Shown here: positions 51,201 through 59,628 of the stretch, piece after piece
How positions within the stretch are numbered: the first letter of the stretch is position 1
Layout: every line of letters starts with the position of its first letter
IMG/VR virus record: IMGVR_UViG_3300042691_037350
Span: 32,001-96,000 of that record
Direction: 5' to 3' (one strand)
DNA: 64,000 bases
From: a virus
Made by a program: the position numbers and the translations under genes
The notes under the pieces: model-generated
Databases searched by the model: none
Told to the model about the DNA's origin: nothing
The model's input: only the letters and a program-made list of their open reading frames with translations

Positions 51201-53193
51201 TCGCGGGGGTGTGACTCCTTTGAGCTGGAGTCTGGGTAAATATTTTACAAGTATGGAAATAGGTAGCGAAGAAAACAAAGTAGATCTGGCCGCAGAGTAT
51301 AGGAAGTGTATAGCTGCAACTAATGGGTTGTGTTATAATGGACAGGTTCCAGTCAATCCTTCAGTATTATCTTTATTTGCCTATGCTCCTGGTGGGCTAT
51401 GTCCTTTGACCTGCTCGGTGTGTAATAGCAGGGGGTGGGCGAGTGAGGTATCTGTTCCTTATAATTGTACTATTTTGACTTCAAATAATAAGCCTGTTAA
51501 AATAGGAAGTTTGAGTAGAGGAGTATTTAATTGGGCTTCGTGTCAAGTAAAATATGCGAGTTTATCACTATCTCCTGGATTATATCTTGGAGACTTAGAT
51601 GATCTAGTTGGTGGTACTGCAATCAGAAATCATGGTGCTGTGTCTAATTGCGTACCAAAACCAGCTCCATGCAAGGGTAATTGTTTACCTTTAGACGCAG
51701 AAGATAAATTTGGTAAAGTGTTTGATCCAATTAGATACGCTGGAACTACCAACGTTTTACCGTGTGAGTGTCAAAATTATTCATATGATTATTGTACAAT
51801 TACTGAAAATTCTTGTAATTGTAAAGAATATGCTGGCGGCTTTCCTAAAATTTTTAATTATGAATTTGAAAATTGTAATTACACCTTTGATAATATGAAA
51901 GGGCATTTATTTAAATATAAAGATGGTGATCCCATAGAATCTAATGGGGTTAATGAAAACTATGGGTGTGATCTATTAGAATCATTAACCATAGGAAGTA
52001 GAAACGGAGCGGCAGAAGAGGAGTGTTATTGGCTGGAGTGCAAAGGAGCCACACCACCAGATTGGGATATATATAAAATTACATCTTCTACATCAAACCC
52101 ATACGACCCATTATGCCCAACATTCTTGTGTTCAATAACATATGATAATAATACTGCTAATATTAACTTAGTAGGAGGTACTGGTGGATGTTTTGATATT
52201 CAATTAAGAAATGATTGTCCAGTAATATCTATTACATTACCCAATAATACTTTTACTTTTACAGATAATATTAATAGCGAGTGTACAGAATGTGATGTGT
52301 CTAAAAATACTTTGTCTATGACGCCGGAGATACAGAATCCAGAATGGGATATTATTACAGAAACTAGAACGGCTATTTTGGGCTATCTTCCTATTGAGGG
52401 AGATAAAAATGTAGATCTTGTCGGTGGAGGCGGCAAGATTTATGTTGATCGAGGTATTTGTGATGTACCGCCTCCTGGTTATTGTTGTTACGATGCTTGT
52501 TATACTAGTGATGGAGCTACTATGCAGTGTGGACAATCTGCTCCAGGCAGTTGGCCGTGGAGCTATGCGTTAGTATGTAATTTAAATGGTTCTTATTCCC
52601 CAACATTTACTCCATGTGTCTCTAATCCGCTACCAAAGATAGGTACTAATGCAACATTGGTAGGTAATGTTCTAAGTAGTGTGGGTTTCGCTGTTGGTTC
52701 AGATAATACCACAGTGAAAAGAAGTCATATAGCTCATTGGAAAGAATTAATGCAAGCGGCTTATTTTGATATATCTGCTTGTCATAATAATTACAATGTT
52801 GTTAATACCCAGGATTTAGTAGAGGGTGTTGTTCCTGGTTCTTGTACACAAATTAAATTTGAAGTATTAAATTATCCTATGGTTGCATGGAGACAAACCT
52901 TAAGTGGTGGCGTTATGGAACACGGGTACTATGGGGTTCATGTGGCCTATTTTGAATATGAATATAGAAGACCTCGTACGATTCAGGATGTATTTCTTAA
53001 AGATAATACTAGTAAATGCTCCACAAGGATTGCTTACCCCGCTAGTTCTTCATATAATATTACAGAAAAATATAAAATACCAGATTGTCAAACTAGTCCA
53101 GCATGTTTTGACACTAAAGTATCTCCATGTAATGAAGGAAACACCTGTTGTGAACAACGTCAAAATAATAGTAATATAACTTCGAGGCCATAA
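45226..53193 (+). CDS. Very large cysteine-rich hypothetical virion-module protein (2,655 aa)
   Basis: Uninterrupted ORF with Cys clusters at the N-terminus and about 43 Cys (hand count) in the last ~712 aa. Confidence 0.8.
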   Translation: MNNNCSIFKKSLFKDADISSFNLELDWLKGLIPEYNPSYSGIWLPIVIKPDQSSVSFVDILSRSELEQSLFDPCNCIAVTGDSGDEEDPENVSLDCSYCYKNGINYTFSWQLTDQNSNISSPPISSNCCNGACDARMLKDDYLAKLPVLNASYITKFYDWKNQLQFPACSNKGLGYEHFAFTKKLDSFTNDVPKLMIDWKIKERISEIPPNDIDSYHQDIDTHEKSYTRSLLNSKTCGNFLLTKLHPSYDKNPIYPALSGLIGDIAMTGNFSKLLPSVSNFSKPYGFKNQDHYNIFAKTEKLGSYWKWNYSSGILCWYRYFDIDLDPNEDDRLIKGVDLYISDGDVFYATNDGPEPLPVDQNQTPPDIKLCPSGLKLVKDNAVTGIIPSGSEFIYISENLYSKAYSIIGRLDDLEAALDIPNADKISPINKLQLSCLLATGPNYSEVTVDLLKTVPNIDDLTKDYSRDLYKQIKIFNSGMLLKQQHSANKLNIVKTKTDLMNTLANKYGCYLWCPPHSTISLDFKKDYDPHCYIDLDFEPVIKYTDTFFGRQCTPPIDCLDTTTERNFSYDQKVVVGDLTFNTSVDKRYKSQNCVSGDFTIDKAVNIISAYFNDQLIKEQIYGSGCSVFYQKYLRPVSYELALDTFGESICSVHRLCDKLLAFKYNNDNNWFGTTNELKEGKFLDGSLILDRRYPANASNINVDRIGFHRDGGLYYDSNNLGSGNVIFIKDAENSTRGSFSISFSTKDVGIKLYNIEIYHLRDATFTNCKTFPLDHACKCFPLSSVTGYRYNCDGSLTFSNENAVLYTPNLSTQSSPILTSYGGYSTLELTKIIGEQLLPNHPDPGELLSTVNRIIDPLNPYGCTKEIAASFPSYVYTNWHIGLPNYSTDHTDVWMKVIENVSLFNPTIPKYDYETGEFEIINNPSYRRYTTKAVVNGTTIYNSQQKILFDKDTSIPGSFQLELTNPFLFSLLSQLSEDMERNKLLYTNLPCSLDTTNRDSYLNNINIIFKQVPRKQLLNYKLRPISSAGNLEKIFFHPNKGIVKNTELFNLTSLIYNPQDCSFDFAYEKELFENGARNYSDSGVMFSGHISDDIQQILALNDNLLNHKKLRLYIKYNNIWYEYLNPHIFGFHNKFNNNLYPGPPTLFEYTKHDKYKTQLNMAEFVDERLNRSPLPNITSPSQFIPASAKVNTELLYLHNIKPTGTIHGLSTEFYPILTSNFRLDKNSKRKIVLQGSRPYFMFEEKDPAIFIQDITRMNSDEQNTIFRNTFVVDANGYRWRYKGEGTKTSLDSYELVPPRNYLDANFHELWIDYLNNNDDGYIANTELQTISTAIKLIDKDNPKINYEYNVISKSLYAKRVNRFGNDLDKFAYIKEREHLDVYTILEIDICKECSLKLSEGIVQLVLPQANAEQLNTDSFVVLQNFKDSLKAESDTLLRNKYYETKWGDLINFDNKTFKDLNNSKILNQNLSRLYPSSLYDNILYSISVNNLDTGNFRFLITSKNNITNTISSGVTNYDGPIYYNIHQKYNIGLDNLYLSSTIKDYQNYLPIIDINFIKGDKIKNQSWSNNLIQNFVNNSISTGQLYISGIRSFVDNTSLEIDPHKVSTFFVSLDKNTKLRPVLFNKDFYYNTLRVDDVYYRLISLEQEQIFNTSGCSTIFMPKINFSAQTFADYFDTNGFDLSSPIIKTTFDTLPIYCDTDKPAELCGNESCSIKTAGFTKLKAGYQHYKYTHITPKDLESVNTLEFALSVDEGLYNTVGVNMLPYIQRFEIPPNSNLFNNITLDGTDDCVIGSDNRPARPQNYIDTEYQNKLIEYILSENNKGDLVKNTDILANEMLFRLIYGSKETISYDTIKKKTTADLILDNTKKSISYLVQYSSPRTTADLIYDLIPYDYSISSDSSKRKINGSINIEGVLSVGANVSVNIGGYLISIAIQNINNKICAVASCNGKTYTSPFFDTLPTTVSTTAVTAGTILYPPDENSDVVKITTCRGGVTPLSWSLGKYFTSMEIGSEENKVDLAAEYRKCIAATNGLCYNGQVPVNPSVLSLFAYAPGGLCPLTCSVCNSRGWASEVSVPYNCTILTSNNKPVKIGSLSRGVFNWASCQVKYASLSLSPGLYLGDLDDLVGGTAIRNHGAVSNCVPKPAPCKGNCLPLDAEDKFGKVFDPIRYAGTTNVLPCECQNYSYDYCTITENSCNCKEYAGGFPKIFNYEFENCNYTFDNMKGHLFKYKDGDPIESNGVNENYGCDLLESLTIGSRNGAAEEECYWLECKGATPPDWDIYKITSSTSNPYDPLCPTFLCSITYDNNTANINLVGGTGGCFDIQLRNDCPVISITLPNNTFTFTDNINSECTECDVSKNTLSMTPEIQNPEWDIITETRTAILGYLPIEGDKNVDLVGGGGKIYVDRGICDVPPPGYCCYDACYTSDGATMQCGQSAPGSWPWSYALVCNLNGSYSPTFTPCVSNPLPKIGTNATLVGNVLSSVGFAVGSDNTTVKRSHIAHWKELMQAAYFDISACHNNYNVVNTQDLVEGVVPGSCTQIKFEVLNYPMVAWRQTLSGGVMEHGYYGVHVAYFEYEYRRPRTIQDVFLKDNTSKCSTRIAYPASSSYNITEKYKIPDCQTSPACFDTKVSPCNEGNTCCEQRQNNSNITSRP

Positions 53194-53687
53194 TGTCTGA
53201 CACTAATCCATATTGTAATTTAATAGACACTAATACTGTTTTTAATAAGAAAAAGGTATATTCTTGTACTTATTGTGGTATTAAAATTGGTTTAGATAAT
53301 CCTGATACAAAAATGTTTTGTTTTAAAAAGATTCAAGATTTTTCTATGTCTATTAAAAAAATAACCAATCCTTTGGGTTCTGTGGATCCTATACATATAG
53401 GAGAAAACGAATCCATGCAAGAAGTTATTTTAGATAAGGTTATTAAAGATAATGAAGCTGAAGCTCAAATTAAAGCAAACGAAGGTAACCCACAAAATCT
53501 TTGTAACGATGAGCAAATAGAATCTAGATTAGCTATATGTAGAGGTTGTGAATTTTATAAAGATAATTCTTGTATACTTTGTGGATGTCAAATTGTAAGA
53601 GAGGCTAATCATATGAATAAACTAGCCCACAAAGATCAAAAGTGTCCTGCGGATAAGTGGGGTCCTATCGTTGACGAACAAAGCTAG
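53193..53687 (+). CDS. Cys-rich protein with a DUF6171-like C-terminal domain
   Basis: RLAICRGCEFY...CILCGCQI...KCPADKW plus an N-terminal CTYC. Confidence 0.65.
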   Translation: MSDTNPYCNLIDTNTVFNKKKVYSCTYCGIKIGLDNPDTKMFCFKKIQDFSMSIKKITNPLGSVDPIHIGENESMQEVILDKVIKDNEAEAQIKANEGNPQNLCNDEQIESRLAICRGCEFYKDNSCILCGCQIVREANHMNKLAHKDQKCPADKWGPIVDEQS

Positions 53688-54624
53688 TAATTGGTCTTAC
53701 AGGATCACCGTAGTGAACCAATAGTGGCAAAGTTTCTGTCTTACCGTCCACACGAATAATTAGAGTACCCTTTACTTGTTGAGCCCTAGACCAATTCATA
53801 AAAAAGTGTACTCCAACCACATATTCTGCAAATGGTGCATTTCCTGGTGCCCAAAAAATATTTTCTATAGGTCTAGGACTTAATAATCTTGGATGTGCAT
53901 TCATATCTATATCTAATGCACCCCCACAAAACCCTACTCTGTTTGTCCAGTTAATATTAGATCCTATTGGTTTAACTAGAACATGAAGATCAAGATCATC
54001 TATGGTGTCCCAAGATAAAGATATTTGAACATCTCCGGTTTTAGCACCATATTCTTTTAATCTTTTTTGTATCTCCCCAACCTTCATCTGCTCCGCAATA
54101 TTAGATACAGATTGTTGGTCAAGTTCTCCTCTCCTAGATAACAACACTTGTGTATTAGTTCGTCCTGTATAAACAACTTTTGGATCTGGCATTGGACTAG
54201 CGGTTTTGATCTCTTCTGTTAAAACATCCGCAGCAATATTATCTATAAAATCGGATGGTTTATCAAATCCAGTATCAGGTACGGGTATATTTTCTATTTT
54301 TAGAGTATCTTCCATTAAAGACACCGCACTAATTCCAGCATCTATAGATGCCGCCTCCAACGTATCCTTAGATTCTTCCAAAGATACTATTTTTATAGGT
54401 GGTTCTTCTAGAGGCTCAGTTAAAGGTTCAACATTTTCTTCTACTGAAGCAAAGTTTAACTCTATAACTATTCTTTGTTTATCAACCACAACAGGAAATA
54501 GCATAGCCATAATTAAAAATATTATGGTGTGTACTATTAGGCTATGCCAGACACCAGATAAATATAAATAACCAACTGTCTGTTCTATATTGTTTAGGAT
54601 GGATTGTCGTTGTTTTTTTGCCAT
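53665..54624 (-). CDS. Membrane-anchored protein with acidic linker and C-terminal YfaP/DUF2135-like domain
   Basis: TM segment SLIVHTIIFLIMAMLF, E/P/D-rich linker, and GDVQISLSW...DLDLHV...GGALDIDMN...PIENIFW. ATG at 54624 preferred over TTG 54633. Confidence 0.7.
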   Translation of the reverse strand: MAKKQRQSILNNIEQTVGYLYLSGVWHSLIVHTIIFLIMAMLFPVVVDKQRIVIELNFASVEENVEPLTEPLEEPPIKIVSLEESKDTLEAASIDAGISAVSLMEDTLKIENIPVPDTGFDKPSDFIDNIAADVLTEEIKTASPMPDPKVVYTGRTNTQVLLSRRGELDQQSVSNIAEQMKVGEIQKRLKEYGAKTGDVQISLSWDTIDDLDLHVLVKPIGSNINWTNRVGFCGGALDIDMNAHPRLLSPRPIENIFWAPGNAPFAEYVVGVHFFMNWSRAQQVKGTLIIRVDGKTETLPLLVHYGDPVRPITSFVRQR

Positions 54625-54926
54625 TTGTGCCAACCGTTATGCGGTAACCAATTGTTGTTGTCATCTTTTCTTTTGGGGAAAAGAGTACCGCCCTTCTTAT
54701 GTTGTCCGAAAGCTAGAATTGCTCCACAATCACTGCATCGCAACTCATAATAGTCATTTCCGTCTACGTTCCTGACGATATATCTAATGTTTGTTTTACT
54801 ACACAAACCACACTTTTCTTCTCCAAAAATTTCTTGAATTAACGCCAGTTCTTTGAAGACTTCTTTTTGTCCAGAACCTTCTAATTCAAATTCTAGTTTT
54901 GAGTTTGGTTTGTATCGTAGTTTCAT
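54594..54926 (-). CDS. Zinc-ribbon hypothetical protein
   Basis: 110 aa with CGLC and CSDC. Confidence 0.7.
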   Translation of the reverse strand: MKLRYKPNSKLEFELEGSGQKEVFKELALIQEIFGEEKCGLCSKTNIRYIVRNVDGNDYYELRCSDCGAILAFGQHKKGGTLFPKRKDDNNNWLPHNGWHKWQKNNDNPS

Positions 54927-54929
54927 GGT

Positions 54930-55640
54930 TTACTTTCTTTGTTTCCAGTTTGGTTGATAATTCAACAAATCTGGAGATATATTATCCACATTTTGTTGAA
55001 GTTTTGTTAGTTCTTTGATGAGCAACACAGCATCATCATGAGATATATTATCTATATAATCAGATGATATTGCAAGCGTGTCCATTAAACCAATTACATT
55101 AATATTCAACCTCTTAGACATTACATCTATAAAATTAATTTGATTATTGCTAATTTTAGAGACAGAATTTTCGTCTGGATTATCTTCTATATCTTTAGCA
55201 ATTTCTTCTGCGGCAACCACCTTGCGAAGTCTTAATGCTCTACGCAAAGCTCTTCCTTCGGCCCTGGTTTCTGCTACCGCTACGGGATGATTGCGATATA
55301 TCTTGTCACAATTACCCCAATAAACGTCCGCAGCGCCGTCTACAGACACTTTATTTAAATGTGGCGAGTCAGATGACTCGTCGTTTAAATAATAGGATAT
55401 GGTGTGAACAACCGTGGCCCTCTTTTCGTTATTTGGTTCTGGAGATTGAGCCACTTTTGTAATAGATTCAAGCACCCTACAGTTTAAAGCTTTTTCGAAA
55501 ATGCGTCTCAAACCATCCGTAGTAGGATTACCGGCTATTTTCTCATCTTCTGACAATAGGCTTAATACATAGTCCGTCCACTCTATGTCATGAATAGAAG
55601 GAACCTTTTCCTTTTTGTCTGATGATTTTTCCTTGCTCAT
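54930..55640 (-). CDS. Putative Rad52-like single-strand annealing protein/recombinase
   Basis: DGLRRI...RATV...GAAD...AVAETRAEGRALRRAL resembles the Rad52/Sak-type core; short C-terminal ISNNQINFI helical domain. Confidence 0.55.
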   Translation of the reverse strand: MSKEKSSDKKEKVPSIHDIEWTDYVLSLLSEDEKIAGNPTTDGLRRIFEKALNCRVLESITKVAQSPEPNNEKRATVVHTISYYLNDESSDSPHLNKVSVDGAADVYWGNCDKIYRNHPVAVAETRAEGRALRRALRLRKVVAAEEIAKDIEDNPDENSVSKISNNQINFIDVMSKRLNINVIGLMDTLAISSDYIDNISHDDAVLLIKELTKLQQNVDNISPDLLNYQPNWKQRK

Positions 55641-56431
55641 AGTGAATCCTCTATTTCTATAGTCTTTCCTTGTGTGCTTTTCATTTCTTCTATAGCGCGA
55701 ATTAATTTATCATAAACGATAGTTGCCCTAGACTGAGAATAATCATGTAGTTGCTTTATTCTAATCAAAGACAAACCCTTACCTATAATCAAACCAGTCT
55801 TTTTCTTATCATATTTTTGGTTTCTAGCCAAAACGTCTTCTCCCCAAACAGGAAGAAAATGAGAAGGACCATCAACCTCTATTGCTATGTTCATTGTAGG
55901 CAGAAAGAGATCAATTTGCAACTTGGTATTTGATAGGATTTGCTCTTTATGAAACTCTACCATGAATCCGTGTGCTAATAATTCTTGTAATAGAAACTTT
56001 TCTAGCTTAGAACCTGATTTACTGCTTTTTCTCACAGCTTGATTAGCCGAAGCTATAATGTTTTCTTTTTGGTCTTCATCCATAGCTTGCCAAGCTTGTT
56101 TGCTTTTTTGTTTTCTTGCTTCTAGGGATTGTGCATCCATATTGTCCCAGGATTTCATGACAGATAATCCTATTTTACTTTTGGTAGAAGCGTCTCTAAC
56201 GGAACCTTTAGTGGGATGTTTGTGTTTACCTGTTTTAAGAGCATTGGCTTGTGCTTCGCTTTTGTCTCTAATTTGTATACCTAGTTTTAGAGCATCTCTT
56301 CTAATTTTATTAGCATATGTATTATATTCGAGAGCTATATCAGCAAAACTCTTTTTATTAATCAAATATTGTTTATTGATTAAGTCTATTTTTTGTTGAT
56401 CAGATAAAGAACTATATTTTGGTGATGACAC
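55637..56431 (-). CDS. DUF559/Vsr-like PD-(D/E)xK endonuclease with N-terminal HTH and NUMOD3-like DNA-binding segment (homing-endonuclease-like)
   Basis: SKLEKFL...QIDLFLP..NIAIEVDGPSHF...DKKK...GLSLIRI; HPTKGSVRDASTKSKIG. Confidence 0.75.
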   Translation of the reverse strand: MSSPKYSSLSDQQKIDLINKQYLINKKSFADIALEYNTYANKIRRDALKLGIQIRDKSEAQANALKTGKHKHPTKGSVRDASTKSKIGLSVMKSWDNMDAQSLEARKQKSKQAWQAMDEDQKENIIASANQAVRKSSKSGSKLEKFLLQELLAHGFMVEFHKEQILSNTKLQIDLFLPTMNIAIEVDGPSHFLPVWGEDVLARNQKYDKKKTGLIIGKGLSLIRIKQLHDYSQSRATIVYDKLIRAIEEMKSTQGKTIEIEDSL

Positions 56432-56876
56432 TATGAAGCTCCTTTGCGTTGATATTATCTATTGTGGCAATTGGCCTAGACCAACATATATCGAGTAGGT
56501 CTGCTATAGATTCATCTTTAGCTATTAAATGTATATTATTGTTATCATAAATGCTTTTCCAAAACATAACCGGAATAGAATGATCATTAGTCCAACTAAG
56601 GTCATCTATATACAAAATTTGGTTTTTTGGCGATGGGAAGGTTTTGGTGATCATTGCGCTTTTAATATCGAAACAAATCAAGGTGCCACGAAAATATTTT
56701 GCTTGATTGATGTGTATAATAGGAAATTTTTTATTATTATCTGTTCTATCATATTGACTATTAAAAAGTATGATGTTATCATATGGATTTTGATCCACCA
56801 TATCATTTAATACGGTAATTATATTATTACATTTTTCAGAATGGTCGGCTCGAATTAAATAAAATGCTAGATCCAC
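56412..56876 (-). CDS. Hypothetical protein resembling one Rossmann half of a GT-B glycosyltransferase
   Basis: Probable GTG start at 56876, just after the upstream TAA. Alpha/beta pattern (QILYIDDLSW). Within the glycosylation cluster. Confidence 0.45.
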   Translation of the reverse strand: MDLAFYLIRADHSEKCNNIITVLNDMVDQNPYDNIILFNSQYDRTDNNKKFPIIHINQAKYFRGTLICFDIKSAMITKTFPSPKNQILYIDDLSWTNDHSIPVMFWKSIYDNNNIHLIAKDESIADLLDICWSRPIATIDNINAKELHSVITKI

Positions 56877-56877
56877 T

Positions 56878-57624
56878 TTATGCCTCAATAAATTTTAGTA
56901 GGTTATTATTAATGAAATTTTGGATGGAGTATTGTTCTATATTCTCTTTTGGTTCTATTAGTGTGTTGTTTTCTATGTTTTTATGTATGTCTGGTTGCAG
57001 AGCTAGATTAGATATACCGCAAGCTTGAGCTTCTATCAGGTACGAGCCGGTTATATCCAATAGTTTATTGTATTGATTAAATAATAGGCTAATATCTGAA
57101 CTATTGGCCACACCTATATTTTGAACATGTTTAAATTCTGGATTATTAATAGTTACTATTTTTAGTTTTGTATTAGGATACAAGATATTGTTTAATAACT
57201 TATGATTTATAGCGTTATCACTATGCAATATCGTTAAAATTTTATCATTTCTTTCGACATTAAGGTTATGAAATACTGTGGAATCGTATATATATTCGTA
57301 TCCTAGGTTTATGTGACTGTTGATACTATTTTGTTTAATGGTTTTTATATTAAAATTGTTACAGTATTGAGCGAGATCCTTGTGTACGATGTCGCCCATA
57401 AAAATAATAATATTTACTTTATCTTTAAATGTATCTACAAATTGATGAAACTCTTGAGTATACTCATAGATTGGAAATATAATCGTGGAAGGGGTATGCT
57501 TATGATATATATCGAAAATATTTTCATGAAAAGAACCACTAATAAGATTAACGTGACTATTTAACTGTTGCAATAATGGCAAATAAATTCTATGATTACA
57601 AATATGTGCTAATATTTTATTCAT
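56878..57624 (-). CDS. Degenerate GT-B glycosyltransferase-like protein
   Basis: 248 aa. YDSTVFHNLNVERN and LFNQY...YLIEAQACG are remnants of the GT4 C-terminal motif. Confidence 0.55.
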   Translation of the reverse strand: MNKILAHICNHRIYLPLLQQLNSHVNLISGSFHENIFDIYHKHTPSTIIFPIYEYTQEFHQFVDTFKDKVNIIIFMGDIVHKDLAQYCNNFNIKTIKQNSINSHINLGYEYIYDSTVFHNLNVERNDKILTILHSDNAINHKLLNNILYPNTKLKIVTINNPEFKHVQNIGVANSSDISLLFNQYNKLLDITGSYLIEAQACGISNLALQPDIHKNIENNTLIEPKENIEQYSIQNFINNNLLKFIEA

Positions 57625-58310
57625 ACTGTTTCTTTAATTTGGTTAGAGTCTTTGATACTAGATATTTTAATAACGCTGTTATTTTTAGTTTTTACTGGCT
57701 CATACAAAACACCAGATTCTATAGACTTATTGATTAGTTCAAACAAAAACATATTTCTCATAGAGTTATTGTATATAGTCTTATACTTAGTTAACGATGT
57801 GTTGTCAATATAAATTATTTCATTCCAGACATTGTCCGTGAGATTAAAAAACATGTGCTGCACTTTGGAATTAACAATTGTAAAACCTATGGGGAAGTTA
57901 ATGGTGTTGGTATTATTAAAATAATATAATTTTGGTGTGGATCTATTAGAAGTTAATAAATTATTTTTAATATCGTTGTTGAACAAGATTCCATTATTAA
58001 TAATAATACATCCATCATATTTTTGCTCGTTATAGTTCTTTAAAATAAGCTCAAAAGCATATCCATGATTGGTTGATTCATATAAATCATTTTTTATGAT
58101 ATTAATGTTTGGATATTCTATTCTTTTTTTAATTTTATCTAAACCAAATCCCAAAATGACATATGTGTCTATATTTTTATCTTTAATATTGGCTATTTGG
58201 CAATTAATTAACTCCTTAGATTTTTTGGATTTCAATAAACCTTTTGGGCCTATAGATTTCATACCCCGAGTAATTTCGTACGATAGAATAAAACAAGCTA
58301 ATTTTTTCAT
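57621..58310 (-). CDS. Nucleotidyltransferase-fold protein (LicC/sugar-phosphate NTP transferase-like, divergent)
   Basis: FIL....RGMKSIGPKGLL...LINCQI...YVILGF...IIKNDLYESTN...IIINNGILF. The canonical LAAGxG motif is replaced by LSYEIT. Confidence 0.65.
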   Translation of the reverse strand: MKKLACFILSYEITRGMKSIGPKGLLKSKKSKELINCQIANIKDKNIDTYVILGFGLDKIKKRIEYPNINIIKNDLYESTNHGYAFELILKNYNEQKYDGCIIINNGILFNNDIKNNLLTSNRSTPKLYYFNNTNTINFPIGFTIVNSKVQHMFFNLTDNVWNEIIYIDNTSLTKYKTIYNNSMRNMFLFELINKSIESGVLYEPVKTKNNSVIKISSIKDSNQIKETV

Positions 58311-58717
58311 AATTTCTTTTGAAGCACAACTATAACATGAGTATTATCATTGTATGTTTTATGAATTTTAATACCCTCCATCTGAGAAACCAGTTCAATC
58401 ATATCAGAGTCTAAAAATAATGACTGGCACTGAGAAACTATACTGGATAAAAATTGACTGCCAGCGTTACCTTTAGCTACATCTTTACAGATCTTGGTAG
58501 CATTCAAAAATTTTAAGGTTAAAAATCCAGAATTAGATAATTTTTTACATAAATTAACTATATTAGTAATTCTATCTTTGTATACATAATTATCTAGTGC
58601 TGTACAGATAATCTCAGAACAAGTACCGTTTATGACTTTATTTAGATCATCAATAGTCAGATTGTGATATCCATCAAGATTATCTGATTCTGCTACAATA
58701 ATATTTATTTTGTTCAT
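58307..58717 (-). CDS. Truncated class I SAM methyltransferase-like protein
   Basis: 136 aa. SEIIC.ALDN...KKLSNSGFLTL matches the later MTase motifs; the glycine-rich motif I is absent. Confidence 0.45.
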   Translation of the reverse strand: MNKINIIVAESDNLDGYHNLTIDDLNKVINGTCSEIICTALDNYVYKDRITNIVNLCKKLSNSGFLTLKFLNATKICKDVAKGNAGSQFLSSIVSQCQSLFLDSDMIELVSQMEGIKIHKTYNDNTHVIVVLQKKL

Positions 58718-59628
58718 ATAATATATGCCTCATTATTAGCTTTATTTATTAGATTGATAGTATTTTGTTTGAATGTTTCAAAAGGAAAATGTGATTCAAA
58801 ATAATTTTTGTATTCCACCAAAGAGGATTCTAATGCTTGTTTTATACTAGTTATTAAATCCTGAACGGTTCTAGCCGTATATATATTGGGTACGCTAGCA
58901 TAGTTATTCATAATCATTGGGGTGGCATATGTGACTCCTTTGCATCCACAAGCAATAGCAGTCAATAAATTAACAATATTATGATCTCCCAGGTCAACAC
59001 ACACAGCATATTTGTTAAATAGTTCCCTAAGTATATCTACATCAAAATGCAGTTCTGTTAAAATATCTACTTGTATATTATGACTATGTAAAAATTGTGC
59101 TAAAGGTTCTATATTAGGAGATTGCTCTAGATTAAGTAGTAGCACTCTATTGTCTCTTACGTTTTGTTCTTGATAAAATTTATCTAGCGGTATACCATAA
59201 TTATATACAAGCCTATTGTTTAATCGCCAAGATTCTGCTACATCATTAGCAAAAAATACTTTCATCTCTCTTGCTAAATTTTGATCTAGCAAGACCATAT
59301 CTTCTTTTTTGATTTGTTGAGGCTTATATGAATGAGTAAAAATTATACTATTAAGATGCATTGCTGCAAATTTTTTCTGTGTAGAATACCCAATAATATT
59401 ATTAGTCATACCAACATTATAATTGAATAAATCAGACTGTGACCCTTCTAAGAGTGTGAGATGAGAGTTTTTAAGGCCCAAAAAGTTATATCCTTTGGAG
59501 CTAAATAAATTTATCTCACATTCTGACAAAAGCACATCAAATAAATTTCTTTGTGGCTCATATAAAATATTAATGGGCTGATTATTAAATTTGTTTAAGA
59601 TATTTCCAGTGATGGTGCTTAGATACAT
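58714..59628 (-). CDS. Degenerate GT-B glycosyltransferase-like protein
   Basis: 304 aa. VYNYGIPLDKF and LFNKYAVCVD...NLLTAIACGC; the EX7E motif is not intact. Confidence 0.6.
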   Translation of the reverse strand: MYLSTITGNILNKFNNQPINILYEPQRNLFDVLLSECEINLFSSKGYNFLGLKNSHLTLLEGSQSDLFNYNVGMTNNIIGYSTQKKFAAMHLNSIIFTHSYKPQQIKKEDMVLLDQNLAREMKVFFANDVAESWRLNNRLVYNYGIPLDKFYQEQNVRDNRVLLLNLEQSPNIEPLAQFLHSHNIQVDILTELHFDVDILRELFNKYAVCVDLGDHNIVNLLTAIACGCKGVTYATPMIMNNYASVPNIYTARTVQDLITSIKQALESSLVEYKNYFESHFPFETFKQNTINLINKANNEAYII

